From the NCBI GenBank assembly GCA_964106645.2, contig OZ067045.1: DNA of 64,000 nucleotides; one strand, 5' to 3'. Positions within the stretch are counted from its first letter, which is position 1, and the number at the start of each line of letters is the position of its first letter. The notes under the pieces were generated by a model. The model had not been told where the DNA came from, did no database searches, and worked only from the letters and a program-made list of their open reading frames with translations. The DNA comes from Podarcis pityusensis (lineage: Eukaryota). Of the stretch, positions 48,229-59,434 are shown in pieces. A program made the position numbers and the translations under genes.

Positions 48229-48470
48229 CAGTGGTACCTCGGGTTACATATGCTTCAGGTTACATATGCTTCAGATTACAGAGTCCGCTAACCCAGAAAT
48301 AATACCTTGGGTTAAGAACTTTGCTTCAGGATGAGAACAAAAATCGTGTGGTGGCGGCGCGACAGCAGCGGGAGGCCCCATTAGCTAAAGTGGTGCTTCA
48401 GGTTAAGAACAGTTTCAGGTTAAGAATGGACCTCCGGAACGAATTAAGTACGTAACCAGAGGTACCACTG
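48229..48470 (-). mobile_element. Tc1/mariner MITE, copy 3 (inverted relative to copies 1 and 2)
   Basis: TIR CAGTGGTACCTC; TA TSD at 48227-28 and 48471-72. Confidence 0.9.
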
Positions 48471-50847
48471 TAGTTGTAAATTTATAACTCTGTGGTCTAG
48501 AAACAACCTTCAGTAGCAAGCTGTGAGGGCGGGTCTTTGAGTCCCCTTGACATTCCTTGCATACCATTCTGGAATAACAGCTGCAGGACCCTTTTGATTA
48601 CATAAACCTGTCTGGTGATAGAAAAGGCTTCTAATTCATTTGCAAGTGCTGTGAAATCCAGTGTTGGGATCCACTGGGCACATGCAGTGTACCTTTCTTC
48701 CACCATTTGCACACTTGAAGCCTAATACATCCGTCGTCAACCACGACCTCATTTGTGTGTGTTTGTCCTTGTGGGCCCCTGCACTGCCATCGTCTGTTGG
48801 GATGGGAGGTGGGGAGGTTACGTGCAAATTTCATTACACCATTTGCTAGCGATCAATACAGTTAAATTCCTGCTTCCCGGGCCCTGGCGGTTTCCCCTTT
48901 CACGTCAGCATCCGAGGGAACAATTGATGGATCTGAGTCTGGTAAGAGCATAAATCTGAGCCTGCCACAGCTTTTAGAGTGCTTGTCTTGGTGACATATT
49001 TGGTTTGTTTGAATGTCTAGCTGTGGGGGAAATCAATCACCTGGCTCTGTTCCTCACATGCCCCCCACCCCTGGCTTCATTTTAATTTGCTGGTCTGTGG
49101 GTTGCATATACCAAGTATTCGTCTATATTTGAATCAGGCAGACAGGGTCTCTCCTCTTAATAAATCCTGCCCAACAGGCCTCCTTCATTCAGTGTTCTTC
49201 GTACTCCTGGCCTGCCCTGAAAATTTACACAGCCACTAGCTCACATGTTGCAAAATCCTTTTAGGGTGACTTCCTCACTCGCTCACAACAAAATGTGATT
49301 CCAAATTAGGATTACCTAATTACCTGGGTTACTTTCTTTGCGAGGGGCAAAGAACATGATGGATGCCCCTTTAGTTCTGGACACAATCAGAGCCACAGGT
49401 GTCCACTCTGAATTCAAATCTGGAAGGTGTTTAGAAGCTGCATATAAGCAGAAGGTGCCTGAAGCAGTTCTAGTGAAGTTGATCAAACAACAGTAGATGA
49501 CCAATTTCTGAGAATTTCTACCCAGTTGAGCCAATCTGTTGCTGGAGCCACAGTTACATCTCTTCCCTGCTTTTCAGTGGCTGAAGTTAGTGGCGGAAGT
49601 CAGTGGCTGAAGTTTAGAGAGCCCACTAAGCTAGTTCTCATTCCTCAGACCAATAAGTTTCTGAATCAGGCTCTGGAGACTCTTGACACCATGGCCCCAA
49701 GGTACCCCTTCTTGGTTTTGAGATAGCACACCTACCTTCAGTGATACTACTTCTGTCCACATGGATTTCTTGAAGCTCATTGTGTTTGAACAGGAGGAGC
49801 ATGTTTCTTCTCTGTGCTACATCCAGGAAGGGTTAGAATTTATGATTTGGTCTAGGGAGTCCTGTGTTTACACACACCTGCCCTCTGAAGCTCACTGGGT
49901 AATCATGGGCTGGTTGTGCTCTTGCCTTCCCACTTCCAGCCTAACCCACCTCGCAGGGTTGTTGAGAGGATAAAATGAGGATGGAGTGGGAGATAATTCA
50001 TTTATTTCAGGTGTCTGTCCCTGCCTTTTCACATCCCTTACACACGTGTGTGTGGATGTGCACACACAAGTACACATATAGCTCTTCTGAAGGTAGCTAT
50101 TTCATTTACCCTCTGTCATCTGCTAGAAATTACACCAGCAACCCCCTCCCCTGCTGTGCACATAGACTTGGTGGGGATGGGGGTAATAGTGCATCCCCAG
50201 CCCCTTTGCCTACACAGAGCACAAGGCTCTGGCAGCCTTCATCTTTGCCTCCTACCTCCCTGCTCTCCCCTCCAGACGATTTCTCTGACAGAAGCTGACA
50301 AGAATCATTTCCAAGATGGATTGATTCAATTTAGCACCATTTTTTCCCTCTGCTAGGATTTGGTGATGTACGGCTCCCCAGCCAGAGCTGCCTTCCATGT
50401 GAGTCCTCATCCACTGGGTTTTCTTAGCAACACACTTACCATTGCTGGATATGGTGGGCAGGCCCAGATAATTGGGTTTGCATATGGCAAGGAAGCCTCA
50501 TGAGCCACTGGTCGTAACCCACCACTGCTTAGATTGAAGGGTGGAGGCACCAATGCATGTATTTTTGCATCCCCGAGGGCTTAAATACTATATTGGCTAC
50601 TTTGCCCATGCTGACCCTTCCACCTAAATGTTGCATTTCTAGACTGTTTCTCTCTCTTACAGTTTTGTAGAACTGGCTTCTCTTTTCCACAGACCTCCAC
50701 CAATGTGGACTAGTGCAGTGCAGCAGTAGCTACACTTGTGTACAATGGTACCGTAATTCTGGTGTATTCCTTATTCTGCATTTGTGATAATTTCTATGCA
50801 CCAACAGTAGACTACAAAGCCCATGTTGAACTGAGCGAGCATGTTGA

Positions 50848-51025
50848 ACATAGGAAGTAAATCAGACTGTTGGTCCGTCCAGCTCAGCATTGTCTCCACT
50901 GACCAGGGGTGGTTCACTGCGGGTGCAGACAGGGCCAGTCCCACCTTTACCTGAAAATGCCAGGGATTGAATCTGGGACCTTTTCACGCAAAGTGGGTGC
51001 TCTGCTACTGAACTGTGGCACATCC
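50848..51025 (-). mobile_element. tRNA-derived SINE (11968 family)
   Basis: 'acataggaag..tcagactgttggtcc..agctcagc...gggattgaatctgggacctt'. Confidence 0.65.
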
Positions 51026-51578
51026 CTAGGGCATGTCTGTGTTACATAAAGGAAGTCCAGCAGTGCCAAGGAACCTGATCTTTTTTTCCTGTAGACACAT
51101 CTGTCCCATTTATGGAAGTAATCTGAATCTTTTTGAGAATTCCCTTTCCTAGCTTTGCATATCCTCCAGTGGAACATAAGCTTGAAAACATCCAGGTATC
51201 TTGACATGGCAGAAGCTGCCATGCCATCTATTTTGTTCCCTTCTTGCTTCTGGATCAATAGGAAAGTGTTAAAACTGATGTAGAGTTAATGTAGAGAGGC
51301 TAGGCTACAACTGTAACTGCTCTCAAATCCTGCTGTTGCTTCATCCGTATCACAGAAGGAGAATCTGAACTCTTCATATGCTGCTGGCCTCCAACTTCCT
51401 TCAACCCCAACTATTGTGGCCTATAATTAGGGATGATGGGAGTTGTAGTCCAGCAACATCTGGAGGTCCCCAGGTTCCCCATCTCTCATCTCAGAAGCAG
51501 CGTTCTCTGCTGCCTGGAAGAATGCCTCTATTTTGAATAGGCACTGCCTCACAAGAGTTGGGAATGCCTCTTCTTCAG

Positions 51579-51718
51579 TTGGGGTGGGAAACCTGTAGCC
51601 CTCCATAAAATGTGGAATTCCTGACTCCCATCATCCCAAACTAGCATAGCCGGTGGTCACGGATGATGGGAGGTGTAGTCCAGCAACAAGCTCGAGGGCC
51701 ACAGGTTCCCCATCCCAA
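51579..51718. mobile_element. Palindromic hAT-type MITE (half copy at ~51375-51490)
   Basis: 'ggggtgggaaacctgtagccctc' / 'gagggccacaggttccccatccc'. Confidence 0.75.
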
Positions 51719-52039
51719 GTCTACAAATCCTTGATGACCCAGATGTTTGAATATTCCCTCAAACACACATATGCACAAACCTTCTGTGATTGTAAAGAAC
51801 AACAACAAAGAGCACGGCTAACACATCAGCCACCCCTCTGGAAAGTCTCCTTCCATAACTCTGTGTTTCATGATGAGCAGGGTTGAGTTGTGAGAGGGGA
51901 GCTTGGAAGCTGAGTGGCAGCCTCCCCCCCCCCCCCACCGCCGCCTGCCTACGGCTCCAGCAAGCTGAATGCTGCCCCTGCATGTTAGCCTGTCTCCATG
52001 GGGATTTTGGCGCACGTTAGCAAAACAAGTGCGACACCC

Positions 52040-52680
52040 CCCCACTGTGACACCGATTAAATAACCTCTCATGTTGAGGGACCCCGTGATCGACATTTCC
52101 CCCTGGTGCTGGGCTAACAAGCCTGAGCTGGGGAGATGGGAGGGGAAGGTTGGTGAGGACACCCAGCCTTGTCTGCAGGTCTTCCTCCGCCTCTTTCCGT
52201 CAATCTCCATCTCCCCATACTGGAACATTGCTGTGGTGTTGTTGTGGTGGTGGTGGTAGTTCTCTCCCCCCCCCCCCTTTGTTATTCTTAATGCCTGTCA
52301 TCCTCCAAATCAGCGTTGGCTGCCGCTCCCAGCTTCAGAGCCCCGGTGTGCCCATCCATTACTCTTACCTGTTATTTTTCAGGAAAGATATGTATATTTT
52401 TAAATCTACAAATGTGTGTGTTTGCAAAGCTGTCCCACACCCTCCACCCCTCCTTTCTTCCCTCCCCGCTTTTGGTTCTCTTTTGAGGCAAATAGCTGAC
52501 TGATTGCTTTTCATCTTCGGCTCTGAGGGAACTGTAAGAGCTACTTTATATAAACATCAATTACAGGCACGTCCTGAATTAAGGCTCCCTTGCACCGAAC
52601 CCATTAAAGTCCATCTGAAGGGCTGAGCAAGAGGAGGGGAGGGAAAGGGGGGGCAGTGCTGCCTGATTAGTCAGTCAGTT
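52040..52680. promoter_or_regulatory. Candidate conserved non-coding / enhancer block
   Basis: TE-free, CpG-retaining; GATTAA, TGTCA (TALE), TGATTG, ATCAATTA, TTTAT and CATTAA motifs. Confidence 0.35.
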
Positions 52681-52962
52681 GGCCCATCTTAGCTTCCTTT
52701 CTGTTTCCCAACAGGCCGCCAAAAGCAGAGGAGGATGCAGTGGGGTTTTAGCGTGACTTAATTTCCAGCATATTCTAGTTGTCATCTTAAGACCCATTCA
52801 GTGGATCCAGGCCATTAACATTTTTATGCTCGTGGGTTTTTCTGCACATCTTGTGGCAATGAGTTCCATAAGCTAATTATGTAATGTGTTTCCAATCAGC
52901 CTTTTTTAGGATAGATGATGCTCCACTTTGGTGATCCTTTGACATTTAGAAGCAAGTGTAGT

Positions 52963-53186
52963 GAGAGTCAATGTAGTGGTTAGAGTTTAGGACTAGGACC
53001 TGGAAGACCAGGGTTCTAATCCCCACTTGGGATATGAAGCATGCTGGGTGACCCTGGGTCATTCACTCTTAGCCTAATCTAACTCACAGAGTTGTTGTAC
53101 GGATTAATTGAGAAGGGGGAGAATAATGTGTGCCACTTTAAGTTCATTGGATAAAATGGTGGGATATAAATTGAATGAATGAATGA
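52963..53186 (+). mobile_element. tRNA/CORE-type SINE
   Basis: 17045 family; (TGAA)n tail. Confidence 0.75.
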
Positions 53187-53596
53187 AGATATGTTACTTG
53201 CCCTTCACCATGAGATCCCAGGGTGGGTTAAAACAAACTGAAAATACAGTTGCAAAACAGATAAATATCAGTACAATTTAAAACCACCTAAAAACATTCC
53301 TAAGCCCTTTTCATCTCTGGTTCCACCTAATCATCTGTAGGCATGGAGGTTGCTGACACTCAAGCACAAGCTTTTCCAGCCTGAGGCCACATTCCCTCAT
53401 AGACAACCTTCTGGGGGACCGTTTGCCCATAGGGAGTCAGGTCAGAGACAAAATGGGTGTGGTAACATATATGACTAACCTTTAGAAGCACAGTCTGCAG
53501 TTACAGCCACACTAAAGCCAGAGGTTTCTATACCCACATCTGTCCATCCAGACAAGCAAGAGACATTCATTCAAGGACTCCGACATTCCAGCTAGC

Positions 53597-54315
53597 CAGT
53601 GGTTTTCAACCAGTGTGCCGTGGCACCCTGGGGTGCCTTAAATGATGGACAGGGGTACTGCAGACAACACTGGCCTCTGTCCCCCTTTCCTTCTCGTCTT
53701 CCTCTTATGCCCTCTCGCATCTCTGCCACCCAAAGGCTTGCAGAGCTGTTTGTTGCAGCAGCCTGGTCTACAAACTTTCTAGGTGAATGGTTTGTCTGGG
53801 ACTGGCCAAGTGATGCTGGTTGCCAGGAGCTGAGGCAGCCTTGGAGTCAGCTGGACAGGCAGGCAGGCATTGTATTTCTTATGCTTGCTGTGCGCAAGGC
53901 CTTCCTGGGAACTGAGTGCCCAGTGCTGAGCACCCGCTGTTGCCACTGCTGCCTCCCAAGACAATGTGCTGGCCTCACGTTCACCTTTGTCCAGTCTATG
54001 TTTGGCCACTAAAGCTGGGGGCATCCTCTTTCGCAGTCCCTGTGGGGCAGCGTAAAGAGGCATCTCTCTTTGGGGCAGAGAGGGCAGCTCAGAGATCAGG
54101 GGTGGTATCAGCAGCTGCCTGGAGGACTCCCATGTGGGGAGAGGAGAGGAGGCTGCGGAAACACTCCACAAGGGAGGGTGTTAAAAAAGAGTGTGAGGCT
54201 GCCAGCTCTGCAGGCAAGGGGTGATGTAACTGTGCTTCTGAGCCCCACAGGGGTGCTGCAGAAAGAATGTAGTTGGTCAAGGGAGCCATGGACTCAAAAA
54301 GGTTGAAAACCTTTG
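53597..54315. mobile_element. ~720-bp hAT (Charlie-like) non-autonomous element nested in an older hAT element (~53366-54414)
   Basis: TIR CAGTGGTTTTCAACC / GGTTGAAAACCTTTG; flanks agctagc / agctaggc. Confidence 0.75.
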
Positions 54316-55592
54316 AGCTAGGCAAAAGCACCTGAAAAATGAGGTGGAGCCAGGCTGGTGTGGAGTGTGGCCTGGGAGAGCCCAAAGGCCTAGATCAGAG
54401 GTTCCTCCCTCCTGCTCTTTATAATTCTTATAAATGTCTAAATACTCTATCTCTAGGGAAGATCTTTTGAGAGTAGAGGGGTACTAAGCAACAGCCCTGA
54501 AAATTTGGATTTTTCTCCCTTATTCTGCAAGGGAGGTAGATTTGGAGGCTTATCTTATTACAGAAACACATAGAAAGAGACATTTCACCCTGTATCGACT
54601 AACCTTCCCTCTCTCCCAGCCCTGCTTAAGGAAGACACATGTAGCTTTTCCTGTCTTACAATACCAGAGCTTATTTCTCTTCCGAGTGGACTAATCTTGC
54701 CTTTCTCTGTCCTGTGGATTTTGGTCTTCTTCACAAGGGATGCACAGGGAGCTGTGCTCTGAGGCATACAACCTCCTTTGAAAAAAGCACCGGGCCAAGA
54801 TAAGGCAGCTGTGCATCATGGCAGGTGCCTGGCATCAGCAAGGGGTCTGGATGCCTGAGGATTAGGAGATGACGTGATTGGAGAGATAGACCCCTGGCAG
54901 GTTGCTAAGGGTCAGACGTGTTAAGCCTGCCATCTCTTGTGGCAGCCTTTGGGGCCAAGTCATAACATGAGCACTCTCCTATGCTGAAAAGGACCTACCA
55001 GCTAGTAAGATTAGTCTGTCTACCCCCAGCCCTTCACTATTTACAGGCCCTACCAGGGAGTGTCATGCAAAAATAAGGTGATAAGTTCAAATCTGAGTTC
55101 GGAAACATGATCCAAAGCTGCTCTAGGCTTAGCCTTGCCTCCTGCCCTAGAGTTAAAATAATCCAGCCTCCACCAGTTTGCAGCCAGAAAGCTGTTGCCA
55201 TCAGACAGCTGCTTTCAGGCTCATGTGGAATCATGTGTTGGACTTGTTCTAGTAAGTGGGGTTTTTTTGGTGGCACTCTCTGCTGAGGTCGCCACACTGG
55301 GCTAGCTGTCCTTGCTTGGCGTTTCCTTTTAAAAGCTTTTTGCTCTGGGGCTGCTTTTTGAAGCATATTGTGAACATCTCTGCTTCACCTTTTCCTTGCC
55401 CTTCCTATATTGCAAATTTGAAACTGTGTTCATTTTCATCATGGCTTCTAGACTTGGGAGAAGATGAGGGCTACTGAACAGGTTTCTTGAAACCTGAGAA
55501 AACTACAGATTCCAGCATTCCTTGAGGGGGAGGCATAAAGCCGCAACATTTAAGCCAGTTTAATTCTATAGTCTAGTTGAGCCTTTTTAGAG

Positions 55593-55726
55593 TAAGGTTA
55601 CCAGATTTTTTTCAATGAATCTGGGGATACTTCATTGAAATGCGTCGGAATGATAGGATTTTGTCAGGGGACTGATTTGTAAATCTGGGGACTGTCCCTG
55701 GGAAATGGGGATGTCTGGTAACCTTA
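55593..55726. mobile_element. hAT (Blackjack-like) MITE
   Basis: 13-bp TIR TAAGGTTACCAGA / TCTGGTAACCTTA; 8-bp TSD ttttagag / gtttagag; internal GGGGAC repeats. Confidence 0.85.
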
Positions 55727-56496
55727 GTTTAGAGAATACAGGAATGAGTGTTGCAAGGTGAAGTTTCTCTTCTCTTTGATTGGCTTCCAGAGACTCTTGC
55801 AACTGCTTTGTTTTTTGCTTGGTGAGAGGAAATTTAGGACTCCCATTTGAACATACAGGTGTAGCCTCAACTTAGTGTTAGAGGCCCTGATTTTCCTTGG
55901 TGGAGTTTGTCCTTTTAACAAGTGTGTGACAGAAACAGGCGCAAATACTCCATCATTCCCCACCATCTCTTTAGGGCTGTTCACATGCTACATTCAACGT
56001 ATACCAGTGCACACAGTAGTTGAGCTGTACAAATCAACAGATGTAATCTCTTTGACTCAAATATTTGTACATATGTAGAGAGAGCTTCTACCTGTGCTCA
56101 GTGTAATGCCTGAACAAACCTTATATCTCCATGTTGGGAAAAGCTCCAGGCCTTGAGGTCAGATCTAACCTTGCCCTGGTAATGTTTAAACCACCAGGGC
56201 TGTCACAGTTGCTGGATTACATGGGCAATTCTCTCTTGGAGTTCCTGATTCTGATGGAAGAAGGCAACCCCAATGACTGCAGCTCCTTTGTGTTACAGGT
56301 GTGACACAGGAGCTGAGTCTGGGGAAGCATTCTGCCTGTCTATATTTCTGAAGGGCATTTCTAAAAAAGTTTGTTGGATACAACCAACACTAATCAATAG
56401 GGCACAATAAAAGCAAACCGAAGCAAAGAAAGCAGCAAAAAAGTGAGAGGCAGCAGAATGACACAAAGCAAAAGAATGGGAAACAGTTCAATAGGA

Positions 56497-56687
56497 GAAT
56501 GTAGGAAGCTGCATTATACTGAGTCAGATCATTGGTCCCTGTAGTTCAATATTGTCTGCACAGACTGCCAGTGGTTCTCAAGTGTTTCAGTCTCCAAGGT
56601 TTCCGCCTTACCTGGAGATGCCAGGAATTGAACCTGGAACCTTCTGCATGCAAAGCAGATGCTTTACCACTAAGCTCGGGCCCTTCC
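56497..56687 (-). mobile_element. tRNA-derived SINE (11968 family)
   Basis: 'taggaagctgcattatactgagtcaga...ggaattgaacctgg..ccactaagct'. Confidence 0.8.
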
Positions 56688-57021
56688 TCTAAAGCCAAAG
56701 GCTCGCTGTAATGAAGTGGCACCTGAATCCCAGCAGGGAAAGGCAGGGGGCAAACAGGCTTTCCAGGGTCAGGAGTTGCACAATCTGAGCCAGCCACCAT
56801 GCAGAGGCTGCTTGTTCACCAGGCTGCGGCACGGCACAGTTTGAGAATTGGAACTAGAGGGAGAAGATCCTGGCCAGATAGAAAAGCAAGCAGCCTTAAA
56901 GCAGCAGAACGTATTTTCTGTCGTGGATTGCTCTTCCCCCTTTGCAGGGGTGATTTTCTCTCTCCCATGGCGTTTCATTCAGACCATGGCGTTTTATTCA
57001 GGCCTTGGGAGACTGACATTA

Positions 57022-57041
57022 ATGCACGTGTGTGTGTGTGT

Positions 57042-57077
<36 letters not shown>
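57022..57077. repeat. (GT)8(GC)5(AC)12 compound repeat with a 42-bp perfect palindrome
   Basis: Direct reading; palindrome 57028-57069. Confidence 0.9.
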
Positions 57078-57980
57078 CCTCCCTAGGAGCATGAGCACAT
57101 TGCGGTACAAGTGTCTGCATTGTGGTTGCACATAATGTAAGTGAGATAAAGCATGCCAGCCCTACTATGAATAACTGCAAATGAAAACCCAGGCAGCTAT
57201 AAAAGCCTTCACATTTGCCCTGTCAGCATGTGGTAGGTAGGCTAAACAATTGATTTAGCTCCTCTCTCTACTGCCAGCTCCTCCCCCCTCGATTTATCAT
57301 CACTTACAGAGGACACGCTCTTTGTGCCTGCCCTGTCACTTTCGGCTCAGTTGCCCTGTCGCTTCCTGTTGACGTCCCCCATGATCAGAGAAGCAGGAGT
57401 GAGGCTGTGGGCCTAGAGCTGGCTGACAGACACTATTAGCTTCTAGCCGAATTCATCTACTTGCTGCCAGGGCTATTTATCTGTCCCTCACAGAAAGCTC
57501 TTATCACATTTCCCACCTTGCACCAGCTCATGCCATTTTACAGTTTTTTTGATCTTGTTGATTTTTTGGGGGGGGGGGGTGACGATCCCAAATTCATCTG
57601 AGCTGGTGTTGGTGGGGGGAGCAGAGAGAGATGGGTTTGGGAAAGGTAAGGGTTAGCCTAGGAAGATTGAATTTCCACTAGAGGCCTGCGTGCTTCTTGA
57701 AATAGTAGCAGCCGCTACGGGAAGGGAAGCTGAATCCAGGAAAGCCAAAGGGGGCAGAGGCAACAGGAGGTGATAAACAGGATATTGGCTTCAATGGACT
57801 ATTTGTTCCATCTCTTAAGGCAGTTCTTATTAGCTGCCAGAAGCCAGGCCAAAGCTAGCACAGCCTGGGAAAAAGGTGGATGTTGATAGCTGCTTGGTGA
57901 CAGCAGGGAGGGATAGTGGTACATTTATGAAGCCTGACATCAGACTAAGCAAGTTCTGTGGGTTCTGCAAGCAGAAACAG

Positions 57981-58461
57981 AGGCCATATCTGCACAATAC
58001 ATTTAAAGCACTATTATACCATTTTAACAGTCACAGCTCCATGGATTGCAAAATCTGGGGTCTAAGAGTCTACTCTGGGGTGGGGGAGAGAGAGAAACAG
58101 GAATGAAAAAGAGCTTAATTAGGGCCATATCTGCACCATACCTTTAAAAGCACTGTGATAGCACTATGATACTACTTTGAGCGGTCATGGCTTTCCCCAC
58201 AGAATCCTGGGAACTGTAGTTTGTCGAAGGTGCTGAGAGTTATTATGAGACGCCTATTTGCCTCTTGGAGCTATGATTCACAATCAGTCCCTCCTTACAG
58301 GGGACTCTGCAAATTATAGCTCTGTGGGGAGAATAAGGATCTCTGATCAACTCTCACCATCCTTTACAAACTACAATTCCCAATATTTTTTTGAGGTGTA
58401 GGAAGCCATGACTGTTTAAAGTAGTATAATAGTGTGTTAAATGTATGGTATTGATGGAGCC
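57981..58461. mobile_element. Harbinger-like palindromic MITE (58121-58461) preceded by an orphan left end (57981-58040)
   Basis: 'ggccatatctgcac(c/a)atac' appears twice; internal inversion as in the 15202 copy. Confidence 0.7.
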
Positions 58462-58715
58462 AGAGTCTCCCAAGGCTGATGAGGCAGTCCATTGGAAGGT
58501 GTGGGGCTGGCAAAGAAGGGCAGGCCTACGAACACATTCTGATCATACTTACCCACTGAAAGTTCAGGGTGGGATTCAATCTGATTTGGAAAGGTTTATC
58601 TATTGCTCCAAGTTAATTTGGAGTTCTTGTTGGAGGATTTGGAAGATCACATTGGAAGAATCAAAAGTGTGTGTTGGGTGTCCATGGTGCTAATTCAGGT
58701 TTGTTTTGTTTGCTT

Positions 58716-58926
58716 ACTACATTTATATTTTGCCTTCCCTGCGAGGAAATTAAGGCGCGCACACACACACACACACTTTATGCTCACAACAGCCTTGTGA
58801 GGTAGGTTGGCTAAAGAATTGCTGACAGGCCTAGTGAGTTACCTGGTGAGTTTTGAATTCATAGGGATTTGAACCTGAGTCTTTCCAATCCTAGTCTAAG
58901 GCTCTGACCACTGCACAGTGCTGTCT
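58716..58926 (-). mobile_element. tRNA/CORE-type SINE
   Basis: 'ctcacaacagccttgtgaggtagg...gggatttgaacctgagtct' is the reverse of the 17045 family. Confidence 0.65.
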
Positions 58927-59434
58927 CTCCAAACTGAGCCTTCTGGCTTTGCAGAAGTCCCCCACACCATCTTGAAAAAGGGAATACTTCTAAAGCCTAT
59001 CCTTTCTGAAGAACCAGCATTTGTTTTTTTTTTTAAATAATTTTTATTAAAGTTTAAAACAACATAAAACAAAAAAAACAGAAAAACTCACATAAAAATA
59101 ATACAAAACTTAACAATAAAAACACAAAACACAACAATTAAAAACAAACTCTCTTTTCCATTTCCAATTTTACATGACTTATTTTCTAGACTTCCTCAAA
59201 CCTCCCTCCTTTGTATTCCAGTCCACATTGTTTGTTCAGCAGTTTCTTTTCCACTTTTTTTTAATCCCAATCTTTAATTTAGTAAAATGTTAAAATATAT
59301 AACTTCAATTTTTTTTTTAAACCTAGTCCTTGGTCTTAATATCATATAACTTTAAAGTTTTCCCTTTTAATATCAAATTTCCATAACTTTAACCTGTGCA
59401 GCTGGAAACCACTTGTTTTCAGTCCAACATCACT

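Noticed and set aside
51090-51258. Host coding exon on the - strand (103-aa ORF)
   Set aside because: Half of the ORF lies in a SINE; the rest at best resembles a decayed LINE ORF2 tail, with no convincing splice signals.
52692-52760. Second coding exon after acceptor 'tttcccaacag'
   Set aside because: The phase-1 frame stops after 15 codons and there is no good donor.
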